DNA of 42,893 nucleotides from Nitrosomonas sp. (GTDB lineage Bacteria; Pseudomonadota; Gammaproteobacteria; Burkholderiales; Nitrosomonadaceae): NCBI GenBank assembly GCA_021774155.1, contig JAJFJH010000179.1, positions 1 to 42,893 of the forward strand, read 5' to 3'. Shown piece by piece: positions 9,878 to 20,431 of this stretch (position 1 is its first letter; each line of letters starts with the position of its first letter). The notes under the pieces were generated by a model. It saw only the letters and a program-made list of their open reading frames with translations, ran no database searches and was not told where the DNA came from. The position numbers and the translations under genes were made by a program.

Positions 9878-10618
9878 ATGACTTATTGCGTCGCTATCAG
9901 CGTTAATAAAGGTATCGTATTCGCCTCCGACTCAAGGACTAACGCAGGTGTTGATTATGTAACAACTTATAGCAAAATGAGCACCTTTGTCTGGCCTGAT
10001 GAACGTGTTTGTGTTTTATTAACAGCCGGTAATCTTGCAACATCGCAAGCCGTAGTGAATAACATCAGGAGCGATCTTGCAGAATCAAAAGCCAAAATGA
10101 GTCTGCGTAAAGGCAAATATCTACATGAAGTAGCGCGTTACATAGGTCAGCTCAGCCAGAAGGAACAACGTCAACATGCTGATGCTTTGGAAAAAAGTGA
10201 TAGTGGCGGTGCCACAGCGAGCTTCATTCTGGGCGGACAAATTGCAGGACAACCACCAGAAATCTATTTAATCTACCCGCAAGGAAATTATATCAGTGCT
10301 TCTCCAGAAACACCTTTTTTACAGATTGGTGAAAACAAATATGGTAAACCTATTCTGGATCGAATCATTACGCCAACTATTTCGCTTGAAGATGCCGCAC
10401 GTTGCGCGCTGGTATCTTTGGAGTCAACCATTCGCAGCAATATCTCCGTGGGCCCACCAGTAGAACTGGCAATGCACGCCAACGATGTTTTTGAAGAACC
10501 CTATCGCCAAACGCTGTCGCTCAATTCACCGATGTACAAATCGATGCAAAAACAGTGGAATGAGGGCCTGCGCCGCGCTTTTAGTCGCTTACCACGTTTT
10601 GAATGGGAAGATAAGTAG
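9878..10618 (+). CDS. anbu: Anbu proteasome-type protease (Ntn fold)
   Basis: MTYCVA with N-terminal Thr nucleophile, SDSRTNAGVD, AGNLATSQ, YPQGNYI, QIGENKYGKPILDR, STIRSNISVGPP. Confidence 0.93.
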   Translation: MTYCVAISVNKGIVFASDSRTNAGVDYVTTYSKMSTFVWPDERVCVLLTAGNLATSQAVVNNIRSDLAESKAKMSLRKGKYLHEVARYIGQLSQKEQRQHADALEKSDSGGATASFILGGQIAGQPPEIYLIYPQGNYISASPETPFLQIGENKYGKPILDRIITPTISLEDAARCALVSLESTIRSNISVGPPVELAMHANDVFEEPYRQTLSLNSPMYKSMQKQWNEGLRRAFSRLPRFEWEDK

Positions 10619-11720
10619 CTAGTGATTGGCTACTGACCTCAGAAATAAGATTGTGTATATAGCGGAGTTTATTTAACGCGACATCAGAAATCACAAATGG
10701 GTAAGCATCGTCCATACCCATGCTACGATTAAGTGAATTGAGTGCAACAGACAGTCGACACCAATCATCGAACAATTCTTCAAATGAAACAGGCGTTACA
10801 TAACCACTTGCCATCTGCATACGTACCGACTCAAGCACAGGCTCAGAAACAATATGGCCATGAATCCTGAAACTATAATCATGCGCTGTTTCTACAGTAT
10901 CTACCATATGTAGGTAATGTGCCCAAGTCTCCGCCCAGTCTTCCCAAGCATGCATGCTGGCATAGGCGCTGATCCATATATCTTGCCAGCGTGTTGGGGG
11001 CCCTTGATCATAGTAGGACTTTAATGATTGCTGATAGTCTAGCCGCTCGTCACCAAATAGCTCTCGGAAGCTAGTAATTCTGTCTGTACCATCAATCAGG
11101 CGGTCCCAATAATAATGCCCTGATTCATGTCTAAAGTGACCTAATAATGTACGGTAGCTTTCATTCATTTTATCCCGCATTTCCAACCGCGACGCGTGCT
11201 CGGCTTCAAGCAGGTTAATAGTAATCATGCCTGAATTATGTCCAGTTGCTACGCTTTGTTTAACATATAGCTCATTATTAAATTCATCTTGTGTAACTTC
11301 ATCTTGTAGAAACGCAAAACCCATCCCGCGATAAGGATCCTGTTGCCGACCGACTACCGGCAAATTTAAACTGTACAACGTATACAGCAATCGACGCTTA
11401 GCTGACTCGACGCGATACCACAACGTGAGATTCTTCACTTCATCAAGATTCGGAATTGTTTTATTAAGGCGGCAAGAAACACACAACGCTTCATCATCAC
11501 CCACAGCCACCATCCAATTACAGACATTGTAATCAGAAAAATTTTTACACTGGCGATATTGCTGATTATTTAATAAGGCCGTCCAGTTGTCATTCTCAAT
11601 TGGCTCTAGCGCACTTAACTGCTTTTCACCAGGCAAATAAGCAACCATCCGATTACACGAGAAACATTGACTATTCTCAAAATGCAAGTTATTCCCACAA
11701 TGACACTGAAAGGTCTTCAA
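10581..11720 (-). CDS. zinc-ribbon plus putative zinc-binding metallopeptidase (HExxH)
   Basis: CHCGN, CFSC and CVSC Cys motifs; YRTLLGHFRHESGHYYW; HAWEDWAETWAHYLH. Start moved to TTG 11720 (MKTFQCHC), which has AAGGA upstream; the ORF track start is 11822. Confidence 0.85.
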   Translation of the reverse strand: MKTFQCHCGNNLHFENSQCFSCNRMVAYLPGEKQLSALEPIENDNWTALLNNQQYRQCKNFSDYNVCNWMVAVGDDEALCVSCRLNKTIPNLDEVKNLTLWYRVESAKRRLLYTLYSLNLPVVGRQQDPYRGMGFAFLQDEVTQDEFNNELYVKQSVATGHNSGMITINLLEAEHASRLEMRDKMNESYRTLLGHFRHESGHYYWDRLIDGTDRITSFRELFGDERLDYQQSLKSYYDQGPPTRWQDIWISAYASMHAWEDWAETWAHYLHMVDTVETAHDYSFRIHGHIVSEPVLESVRMQMASGYVTPVSFEELFDDWCRLSVALNSLNRSMGMDDAYPFVISDVALNKLRYIHNLISEVSSQSLATYLPIQNVVSD

Positions 11721-12040
11721 TACATTATCCTTCGATTGATCGATAACACAATTAGATTGCAGTATATACTCAATAATCGTGTTTTTCTGTACACTTTTCA
11801 AAAACAACAAACGAAATATCACTATAAACCTAACAGGCTAAACATATAATACTTTCATTGAAAATTTCAATACTTAGCGAGAAGTTTCTTGCCATTTTAT
11901 AGTGGTTAGCATCTAATGACGATAGAAACTGTTATGGATGGCAAGCTTCCTACAGAGGGCTTTCATATCAATAGCTAGCGCCCATGCAGGCATACACAAA
12001 ATAATAAAAAACAAAAAGAACAGAAGATGCGTACGCCAAA

Positions 12041-12973
12041 ATGAAACCAGATAAATTAATTGACTATCAACAAATACTTTCCAAAATAACTGCTGATTGT
12101 CGGCAGATTGATGATATCGGCAATGTTGCTTCTTATATACCCGAGTTAGGCAATATTGATCCAAATAAGTTTGGCGTCCATCTAACAACTATAGATAACC
12201 AGAACTTTAGCTTCGGCGATTCCACCGAAAAATTTTCTATTCAAAGCATTTCGAAAGTTTTAGCACTGACATTAGCCCTTAAGTTGGAGGGTGGCAATTT
12301 ATGGCGCAGGGTTGGCGTTGAACCTTCGGGGACAGCTTTCAACTCATTAGTTCAATTAGAATATGAACATGGTATTCCCCGCAATCCTTTCATAAACGCA
12401 GGGGCTCTAGTCATTTGCGATATTTTAATTAGCCATCTGAAAAAACCAAAATATGATTTTCTTGAATTCACCAGAAACATTTCAGAAAACCCAAACCTTA
12501 ATTATTGCTCCAGAATTGCCGAATCAGAAAAACTGGCGGGCTTTAGAAACGCAGCCCATATTAATCTAATGAAATCATACGGCAACATAAACAATGATAT
12601 CAATATTGTTCTAGACTTTTATTTTAATCTTTGTTCACTTGAAATGTCTTGCCAAGAGCTAGCTCATACATTCTTATTTCTTGCTTCAAATGGCATCAAT
12701 CCAATCACTAATCAACAAATTATTAGTTCACGCAGATCAAAACGTATCAATGCAATAATGCAGCTATGCGGGTTCTATGACGAAGCAGGCGAGTTCTCCT
12801 TCAAAGTTGGATTGCCCGGGAAAAGTGGAGTCGGCGGCGGCATTATAGCCATTCACCCGGGGAAATACAGTATTGCGGTCTGGAGTCCAAAGTTGAATAA
12901 AAAAGGAAATTCTTATAAAGGAATGAAAATTCTTGGATCTTTTACAACCAAAACCAGATCATCCATATTTTAA
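12041..12973 (+). CDS. glsA: glutaminase
   Basis: VASYIPEL, FSIQSISK (SxxK), EPSGTAFNSL, NPFINAGA, GLPGKSGVGGG. Confidence 0.95.
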   Translation: MKPDKLIDYQQILSKITADCRQIDDIGNVASYIPELGNIDPNKFGVHLTTIDNQNFSFGDSTEKFSIQSISKVLALTLALKLEGGNLWRRVGVEPSGTAFNSLVQLEYEHGIPRNPFINAGALVICDILISHLKKPKYDFLEFTRNISENPNLNYCSRIAESEKLAGFRNAAHINLMKSYGNINNDINIVLDFYFNLCSLEMSCQELAHTFLFLASNGINPITNQQIISSRRSKRINAIMQLCGFYDEAGEFSFKVGLPGKSGVGGGIIAIHPGKYSIAVWSPKLNKKGNSYKGMKILGSFTTKTRSSIF

Positions 12974-13032
12974 GTAGCGTGCCTTCGAATTATTTTAAGT
13001 AGCGTGTCTTCGAATTATTTTAAACTGCGTGC
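12966..13032. repeat. 25-bp tandem repeat, 2 copies plus a partial third
   Basis: TATTTTAAGTAGCGTG(C/T)CTTCGAAT at 12966 and 12991; degenerate TATTTTAAACTGCGTG at 13016. Confidence 0.85.
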
Positions 13033-13046
13033 GCTTACCCACACGT

Positions 13047-14411
13047 TTATATTAGAAAATATGTAGCCAGACCCAAAAAGCTCATAAACCCAATCACATC
13101 GGTGACTGTCGTCAAAACAACAGCACCAGATAAGGCCGGATCTATGTTTAGACGCTGTAAAATCAGTGGAATAACGACACCAGATGCCGCCGCTGCAATC
13201 AGATTAATAAAAATGGCGGCAGCAATAACCAAGCTGATACCGGGGTCTTGAAACCACAACCAGGCAATAAATGCCACCACCAATGCCCACAGCAAGCCGT
13301 TTATGATGCCAATCAAAATTTCTTTACGCACTAACCAGACGCTATTGCCTGTGGTGATTTGATCTAGAGCCAACCCTCTTATCGTTAGTGTCAATGTTTG
13401 GCTACCGGCAATCCCGCCCATACTGGCAACAACTGGCATCAGCACTGCCAGGGCAACAATTTTATCCAATGTATCGGCATAAATACCGATGACCCAGGCC
13501 GCCAAAAAAGCCGTGGCCAAGTTAATGGCCAACCACACAGTGCGACGTTTTGTACTGCTAACCACTGGCGCAAATAAATCGACTTCTTCATCCAATCCAT
13601 CCCTGCTCATCAGCGCACGATCCGATTCGGCGCGTAGTATAAAAATAACATCATCCATTGTTATCCGACCCAGTAAACGATTATTTTCATCAACCACTGG
13701 CGCGGAGACAAAATGATATTGTTCAAAAAAATGAGCGATTTCATGCTCACTAGTAGTTGCCAAAATGGGTTCATGCTGGATATTCATGACATCTTTAACC
13801 AGCGTGTCCTCATCATGCGTCAATACCTTGTTTAACAACAGTTTACCCTGATAAAAACCACCTCGATCAATGACCATCAAACCCTCGGTATATTCCGGCA
13901 GATCTTCATGTAATTGTAAATAACGCAACACCGCTTCAAGTGTGACATCATTTCTAACGGTAATGACGTCCTGGCTCATCAAACGACCGGCAGTGCCTTC
14001 TTCAAAAGATAGATTAGTTTCAAGATGTTCTCTGATTTCATCAGACAAGTTTTCTTCAATGGATTGCCTGACGTGCTCGGGTAACTCCTCAATCATATCC
14101 GCTAAGTCATTGGTATCCATCTGCTCGACAGCAGCAACCAATTCCTCAGTTGGCATCTTAACGATCAGGCTGTTCCGAACTTCATCATTCAGGAGCGTTA
14201 GTGTCTCAGCCTCCTGTAATTCCGGTATCAGATCCCATATCTGTTTACGTTCCTTGGGTGGCATAGCTTCCAGAATATCTGCCAGTTGTCCAGGATGAGC
14301 TTGACTAAATAACAGTTGTAATTGGTCATAATCTTGTTGTTCCAATAGAATAAAGACCTGATCCAAAGAAAGTTTCAAGATTTCATTGGGTGATTTTTCC
14401 TGTTCTGTCAT
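13047..14411 (-). CDS. mgtE: magnesium transporter MgtE
   Basis: MgtE N-domain, CBS pair (TAGRLM...GRITMDD), LMPVVASMGGIAGSQT, DPALSG, TTVTDVIG. Confidence 0.95.
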   Translation of the reverse strand: MTEQEKSPNEILKLSLDQVFILLEQQDYDQLQLLFSQAHPGQLADILEAMPPKERKQIWDLIPELQEAETLTLLNDEVRNSLIVKMPTEELVAAVEQMDTNDLADMIEELPEHVRQSIEENLSDEIREHLETNLSFEEGTAGRLMSQDVITVRNDVTLEAVLRYLQLHEDLPEYTEGLMVIDRGGFYQGKLLLNKVLTHDEDTLVKDVMNIQHEPILATTSEHEIAHFFEQYHFVSAPVVDENNRLLGRITMDDVIFILRAESDRALMSRDGLDEEVDLFAPVVSSTKRRTVWLAINLATAFLAAWVIGIYADTLDKIVALAVLMPVVASMGGIAGSQTLTLTIRGLALDQITTGNSVWLVRKEILIGIINGLLWALVVAFIAWLWFQDPGISLVIAAAIFINLIAAAASGVVIPLILQRLNIDPALSGAVVLTTVTDVIGFMSFLGLATYFLI

Positions 14412-14577
14412 TTTTTGCTGTATCCCTGTTGTTTAATTAGAAACTTGTGCATATCAGGTTACTGTACTTTCGAAGTATGATGCAGAAGTTAGATGCTAAA
14501 GGTAACGGTTTTTTTATATCAAGCTTTTTTTAGTGCTAGAGCCGCAGGAAGCTAAGTGCTTATTAAAATGTTCTAAC

Positions 14578-16359
14578 TTACAACGGCCAGACAATAAGAA
14601 TCATGGGAACTGCAACCAACGCAACGATCACTTCAAGTGGCAAGCCCATGCGCCAATAGTCACCAAAGGCATAGCCGCCAGGTCCCATGATTAGTGCGTT
14701 GTTCTTGTGTCCTATCGGAGTGAGAAAAGCGCAGCTTGCGCCGACGGCAACCGCCATCAGGAAAGGATCAGGATTGACCCCCAGTTGCGTAGACATACTG
14801 ATGCTAACGGGTGCCATGACGACAGCTGTGGCGGTATTGTTCATGACGTCTGATAATGTCATGGTAACAATTAACAAAGCTGCAAGTACCACTACGGGCG
14901 ACCAGCCATCAGCCAGTTGCAAAATACTATCTGCAATCAGGGCAGTTGCGCCCGTGGTTTCTAATGCACCGCCAACTGGAATCATTGCACCGACCAATAC
15001 AATCACTGGCCAATCAATTGATTCATACAGATCTCTTAGGGGCACAATACCCGACAACACCATAAGAAGTGCCGCTAGCGCCAGTGCAATTGTCAGACTC
15101 ATGACACCGACAGCGGCCAGTACCACAGCGCTGGCCATGAATCCTACTGCCAGCCAAGCATGGCCCCGTTTTCCCATCTGCAGACCGCGTCCGGCTAGTG
15201 GTAATAACCCAAGGTGCGGCAGATTGGTAGAGATGGTATCTTCATCAGCTTGCAAAAGCAGCACATCGCCCGAGCGGAAAACAATTTTGTGCAATCGAGT
15301 ACGAATAGTCTTGCCTTGGCGTGATAGTCCCAAAAGATTAAGTCCATAACGGGATTTCAATCGCAAATCACCGATGACATGCCCAATTAAGCGACTGTCG
15401 GAAGAGACAACCGTTTCGATCAACAATACATCATCTGAACTGAATAATGCTCGGGATTTTTCAGTACCGCCTTTAATCATAAGTCCCAATTTTTCAACGA
15501 ACTTATCCAATTCTTTGGGTCCCGCTTTCAGGATCAAAATATCTTTTGCTTCGATCAGTGTGTGTCGCGCGGGTTCCAAAATACGCTGATTGTGTCGGAT
15601 CAAACCAGCTATACGCAACTCACATTTATCAGCAATAACTTCAAGCTCAATAATATTTTTCCCAATTGCGATTGATGTCTTGGGTACTGCCACCTCTGCT
15701 ACATAAGCATCGATTTCAAGCAACTCATCAATTGGCGATGCTATCTGACGTTCCTTTGGAATCAGTTTCCAACCAATTAGGGCCAGAAACAGCACACCTG
15801 CGGCCGCAACCACCAGTCCAACCGGTGCAAAATCAAACATTTGGTAAGGCACACCCAGCGCCTGTTCACGATAGCTGGCGATAATGATATTGGGCGGCGT
15901 GCCAATCAGCGTTATCATTCCCCCAAGAATGGAGCCAAATGATAAGGGCATTAGCAATAGCGAAGGCGAGCGCCCTACCTTCTTGGCCGCATCAATGGTT
16001 GCAGGCATCAACAGCGCCAATGCTCCCACATTGTTCATAATCGCAGACAATGCAGCTGCAAAGCCAGACAGGCTTGAAATTTGCAGCGCCAAACTCTTAA
16101 CTTGTGGGACGACAATATGAGTGATGCGGTCAATGGCGCCGGATACACTAAGACCTCTACTGATAACCAGTACGGCAGCTACTGTGATAACGGCTGAACT
16201 GGAAAAGCCTGCAAAGGCGTTGGACGCGGGCACTAGATCTAATAAAACAGCAGCGATCAGCGCTGTAAATGCAACCAGATCATATCGCCAACGTCCCCAA
16301 ATAAATAATCCCATGACGCAAAACAGCAGTAGAAACACCGTTATTTGATCAGCGTTCAT
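14578..16359 (-). CDS. SLC13/DASS family permease with TrkA-C domains
   Basis: SAIMNN, LGGMITLIGTPPN, central TrkA-C repeats, FLTPIGHKNN, GPGGYAFGDYWRMG. Confidence 0.9.
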   Translation of the reverse strand: MNADQITVFLLLFCVMGLFIWGRWRYDLVAFTALIAAVLLDLVPASNAFAGFSSSAVITVAAVLVISRGLSVSGAIDRITHIVVPQVKSLALQISSLSGFAAALSAIMNNVGALALLMPATIDAAKKVGRSPSLLLMPLSFGSILGGMITLIGTPPNIIIASYREQALGVPYQMFDFAPVGLVVAAAGVLFLALIGWKLIPKERQIASPIDELLEIDAYVAEVAVPKTSIAIGKNIIELEVIADKCELRIAGLIRHNQRILEPARHTLIEAKDILILKAGPKELDKFVEKLGLMIKGGTEKSRALFSSDDVLLIETVVSSDSRLIGHVIGDLRLKSRYGLNLLGLSRQGKTIRTRLHKIVFRSGDVLLLQADEDTISTNLPHLGLLPLAGRGLQMGKRGHAWLAVGFMASAVVLAAVGVMSLTIALALAALLMVLSGIVPLRDLYESIDWPVIVLVGAMIPVGGALETTGATALIADSILQLADGWSPVVVLAALLIVTMTLSDVMNNTATAVVMAPVSISMSTQLGVNPDPFLMAVAVGASCAFLTPIGHKNNALIMGPGGYAFGDYWRMGLPLEVIVALVAVPMILIVWPL

Positions 16360-16524
16360 GGCCCACCCAAAATAAGTATGTAAGCATCACAATGATCATA
16401 CAGATTACCCGCTGATATTTGCCCCTACACCGATTCTTGAAAGCACTTCGAGAACAACTTATAAAATCTTTTTATTTTTATTAGGGCTCTGAAATGAAGT
16501 TCGGCACTTTAATGCTTATAACAA

Positions 16525-17568
16525 CTAAACAATTGGAATTTCTCCATCAAATTCCAATTCTGGAGAAATATCGCCCTGAAACATCTCAATATGCTCAGCC
16601 ACTTCTCTATTATCTTCAAACTGTGCAATATGGTAGATTGCTTCGCCTTCATGAACCAACGGTAATTCTGAACGACCGATAATTAAACCATTACAGGGAG
16701 AGATAACTGGCACTTCTAGAACCGAAACTGGGTCATTAATTACGCCCAATGCATCGTTACGTTTAACTTTTCCACCTAAAGATTTCGCCGCTCTAAAAAT
16801 ACCACTGCTGGGCGCCCTAACCCATTGACTGGAACGCGCAACGAATGGTTCAGTCGCATTAGGTTTGCGCGATTTTCTGGTTGCCAGCATACCTAAATAC
16901 CGCATAACCTCAAGAATTCCACCAACGCCGGCACGAATAGAGCCCTCATCAAACCTCAATGCTTCACCCGCTTCATACAGCAACATAGGAATACCTAGCC
17001 CTGCAGCGGACTCGCGCATTGAGCCATCACGTAAATTAGAATTGAGCAACACCGGCACATTAAAAGATTTGGCTAAGGATAAGGTTTCGGCATCATCCAA
17101 ATTAGCGCGTATTTGCGGCAAGTTACTGCGATGAATCGCCCCAGTGTGCAAATCAATGCCATGGGTGCATTTCTTCACAATCTCCGTCATAAATAAGTCG
17201 GCCAGTCTTGCAGCCAGAGAACCTTTTTTTGACCCAGGAAAAGAACGATTCAAGTCACGTCGATCAGGCAAATATCTTGAATGATGAATAATGCCATAAA
17301 CATTCACCATCGGTATCGCAATAAGATCACCGCGCAACTTATTTAATGCCAGTTGCTTCAATAATCGTCGAATAATCTCGACGCCGTTAAGCTCATCACC
17401 ATGAATTGCGGCACTGACGAATAATCTCGGCCCTGGTTTTTTACCACGAATGACATGAACGGGCATCGTCATCAACGCATTTGTATAAAGCCGAGGCAAA
17501 GGCAGGTCGATTATTACGTTACAGCCTAGTTCAATGATTTGATCATTAATAATCAACTTCGAGGTCAT
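16525..17568 (-). CDS. succinylglutamate desuccinylase/aspartoacylase (M14) family protein
   Basis: AAIHGDELNG, RDLNRSFPG, IDLHTG, YEAGEA. Confidence 0.92.
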   Translation of the reverse strand: MTSKLIINDQIIELGCNVIIDLPLPRLYTNALMTMPVHVIRGKKPGPRLFVSAAIHGDELNGVEIIRRLLKQLALNKLRGDLIAIPMVNVYGIIHHSRYLPDRRDLNRSFPGSKKGSLAARLADLFMTEIVKKCTHGIDLHTGAIHRSNLPQIRANLDDAETLSLAKSFNVPVLLNSNLRDGSMRESAAGLGIPMLLYEAGEALRFDEGSIRAGVGGILEVMRYLGMLATRKSRKPNATEPFVARSSQWVRAPSSGIFRAAKSLGGKVKRNDALGVINDPVSVLEVPVISPCNGLIIGRSELPLVHEGEAIYHIAQFEDNREVAEHIEMFQGDISPELEFDGEIPIV

Positions 17569-17573
17569 TAATA

Positions 17574-18494
17574 TTATCCTTTGCCACGTGTTTTAGACCG
17601 ATCCGGCTTACTCTCAAGTGATTTGTGCCTCTTCTCGACAAATTGAATAATAAGTGATGCGATATCTTTATTACTGGCGGCTTCAATCCCTTGCAAGCCC
17701 GGCGATGAATTAACTTCCATAACGACCGGCCCATGATTAGAACGCAACAGATCTACACCGCAGACATTAAGTCCCATAATTTTCGCCGCCCTGACCGCCG
17801 TTGAGCGTTCTTCGGGTGTCAATCGAACCAGTGACGCATGCCCACCACGGTGTAAGTTGGAACGAAATTCACCTTCCGCCCCCTGACGTTTCATTGCGGC
17901 AACGACTTTATCATCGACTACCAGACAGCGGATATCACTACCCCCAGCCTCTTTAATAAATTCTTGCACCATGATATTAGCATTCAATCCCATGAATGCC
18001 TGAATAACACTTTCTGCGGCCTTATGTGTTTCAGCAAGCACCACGCCAATTCCTTGTGTCCCTTCTAACAGCTTAATGACCAGAGGCGCACCACCCACTG
18101 TAGAAATAAGATCCTCAATGTCATCTGGATTATGCGCAAACCCGGTGACCGGCAGGCCAACCCCTTTTCTTGCCAGCAATTGCACTGATCTTAATTTATC
18201 ACGCGAACGCGTTATAGCAACTGATTCGTTTAACGGAAAAACATTCATCATTTCAAATTGCCGCAACACAGCAGTACCATAAAATGTAACTGAGGCACCT
18301 ATCCGCGGTATGACCGCATCAATGCCTTCTATCACTTCTCCCCGATATTGAATTTTAGGATTATGCGAGGTAATATTCATATAACAACGCAGGACATCCA
18401 ACACCCTAACTTCATGCCCTCGTTCTGTCGCCGCTTCGACTAACCGTTTGGTTGAATACAGTTTGGGATTGCGCGATAGTATCGCAATTTTCAT
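17574..18494 (-). CDS. rimK: ribosomal protein S6 L-glutamate ligase RimK
   Basis: [58 protein letters not shown]. Confidence 0.96.
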   Translation of the reverse strand: MKIAILSRNPKLYSTKRLVEAATERGHEVRVLDVLRCYMNITSHNPKIQYRGEVIEGIDAVIPRIGASVTFYGTAVLRQFEMMNVFPLNESVAITRSRDKLRSVQLLARKGVGLPVTGFAHNPDDIEDLISTVGGAPLVIKLLEGTQGIGVVLAETHKAAESVIQAFMGLNANIMVQEFIKEAGGSDIRCLVVDDKVVAAMKRQGAEGEFRSNLHRGGHASLVRLTPEERSTAVRAAKIMGLNVCGVDLLRSNHGPVVMEVNSSPGLQGIEAASNKDIASLIIQFVEKRHKSLESKPDRSKTRGKG

Positions 18495-18556
18495 AGAATT
18501 CTCCTTGGTTATTTATAAGATATAAGATTTCTGGCTTGCAGATATACTTTGTTGTT

Positions 18557-19003
18557 TTAAAGCTTTCCATGCAAATAGGAAGCGCCAGAATCAACCAGAA
18601 AACGGCCCTTAATGGCTGTACGTCCAAGCAACATGCGGAATCTCATTGTATCACGGTCAGTCAGCGTCAATTCTGCCGCAAAGGCGCGAGACCCCATATT
18701 CACCATAGTTTCAATGACATACCGACGCTTTTTATGCCCACCGGAATCAGTTACCATTCTCCGATCTTTCACTGGCGCATCGCATTCAACTACAACGTCG
18801 GTATTATATTGAAGGGGATGAATCGCAAACCTGATCCATGGCTGATGATTCTTTTCGTAAGCATCAACCCAAAAAGCATGTAACGCCGATGTTCTTGCGC
18901 CGGTATCTACTTTCGCTTTAATCTTGCAAATATTTAGGTCTGGCAAAACAAGCCATTCTCTCCAACCGATAATCGGGATATGTTTAGATGTTTTCTTATT
19001 CAT
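18557..19003 (-). CDS. RimK-associated putative protease (Zn_protease / aspartyl-protease fold, RimB-like)
   Basis: IGWREW, KAKVDTGARTSALHA, LTDRDTMRFRMLLGRTA. Confidence 0.9.
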   Translation of the reverse strand: MNKKTSKHIPIIGWREWLVLPDLNICKIKAKVDTGARTSALHAFWVDAYEKNHQPWIRFAIHPLQYNTDVVVECDAPVKDRRMVTDSGGHKKRRYVIETMVNMGSRAFAAELTLTDRDTMRFRMLLGRTAIKGRFLVDSGASYLHGKL

Positions 19004-19253
19004 TTTGACTAGTGATATTGTTAAAAATACTGTTAATTATATGAGTGCAGCTCATCATATCTTGGTATAAAATTGACCAATAACGGGATTTGAACGGAAT
19101 CCCTTACATGATAAGCTATTCTCGGGTTGTATCTTCAGAGAAACACTAAAAATCCTTCGCCCGTTTGTACAAAAATATCTTATATAATGGGGATGCAATG
19201 TGCAATTTTCCTAAACCACAAAAAGTTTACATGTCAACTTGGCTGTATAAATA

Positions 19254-20414
19254 ATGCATAGAAAAATGAAGTATGCTACGCGACACCTATTTTCCTCAGC
19301 AATCGTTTTATTTTGTGTATCCTCCATTGCGAATGCTGCTGTACCCGACGATTCCTATATTGCGGGTTATGCCGCTGGAATACTCAAAGCTAACTTTAAC
19401 CTCGAGCTTCCTTCATTAATTGTAAATGACGGTGTCATTACAGTGCCGACAAATGACTTAGTTGTTGAAGATCACATCGGAGTGTTACAACGGTTGTCAG
19501 AAATACCTGGCGTGACGGCAGTAGAGTTGCTGGACGCTTCCGTTTCCAGCCAGCCAACTGCTAATGGCACTTTAGCTTCAACGTCAGATGAGTCAAGCAA
19601 GCCCGCAAGCATACCTGCAAAAAGTTCAGTGCTTTTTCCAACAGGCATATTGCCAACAGGCCATCTGTTCAAACCATTACTAGCTGACCCCCGGTGGGCA
19701 CATTTTTCAGCAGCTTATCGCAACTATATTGGCAGTAATGTCGATGGGAATCATAATGGATCGGTTAGTTTCGGCGAAACCATTCCATTCTATCGCGCCA
19801 ATCTGGGGCAAACCACAATACAATGGGAAACAGGCCTTCAAGCCACTGTCTTCAGCGACTTTAATCTCGGTGCCGAATCATCCGATCTAATCAACAGTGA
19901 TTTCATTGCATCGGTATACTCCAGCATGCGAGCAGGTAAGTTTTCTGCTTTTTCTCGCATTTACCACCAAAGCTCGCATTTAGGAGATGAGTTCTTACTG
20001 CGAACCAGAACCGACTTAGAACGTGTAAATCTTAGCTATGAAGGGGCCGATCTCAGGCTTTCATATGAACTACCGTATGGAATACGTATTTATGGTGGTG
20101 GTGGTGGAATTTTTCACAAAGAACCATCAACTCTTAAACCTTGGTCGGTGCAATACGGCCTCGAATTCAGAAGCCCCTGGCGTATCGCTTCTGTTCCCAT
20201 CAGGCCAATCATAGCAGTGGATCTCAAGAATTATGAACAAACGAATTGGAGTGCGGATGTATCTGCCAGAACAGGAATCCAATTTGAAAATTTTCAAACA
20301 TTTGGTCGCAAACTTCAGTTCTTGTTAGAGTATTTCAACGGCAACTCCCCGACGGGTCAATTTTATATAGATAAAGTCGAATATCTAGGCATTGGCGCGC
20401 ATTATCACTATTGA
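19254..20414 (+). CDS. DUF1207-family outer membrane beta-barrel protein with N-terminal BON-like segment
   Basis: Signal peptide; FKPLLADPR, DLINSDF, YHQSSHLGDE; C-terminal aromatic residue. Confidence 0.75.
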   Translation: MHRKMKYATRHLFSSAIVLFCVSSIANAAVPDDSYIAGYAAGILKANFNLELPSLIVNDGVITVPTNDLVVEDHIGVLQRLSEIPGVTAVELLDASVSSQPTANGTLASTSDESSKPASIPAKSSVLFPTGILPTGHLFKPLLADPRWAHFSAAYRNYIGSNVDGNHNGSVSFGETIPFYRANLGQTTIQWETGLQATVFSDFNLGAESSDLINSDFIASVYSSMRAGKFSAFSRIYHQSSHLGDEFLLRTRTDLERVNLSYEGADLRLSYELPYGIRIYGGGGGIFHKEPSTLKPWSVQYGLEFRSPWRIASVPIRPIIAVDLKNYEQTNWSADVSARTGIQFENFQTFGRKLQFLLEYFNGNSPTGQFYIDKVEYLGIGAHYHY

Positions 20415-20431
20415 ATGTACAGAATTCGGAA

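Noticed and set aside
11721-11822. N-terminal extension of the metallopeptidase in the ORF track
   Set aside because: The family-like sequence begins at KTFQCHC, and an RBS precedes TTG 11720.
12966-13032. Possible CRISPR mini-array
   Set aside because: Repeats are directly adjacent with no spacers, and there are no cas genes in the window.
14687-16348. Long plus-strand ORFs (220 aa and smaller)
   Set aside because: Antisense shadows of the SLC13 permease. The same applies to most short ORFs overlapping well-supported genes.
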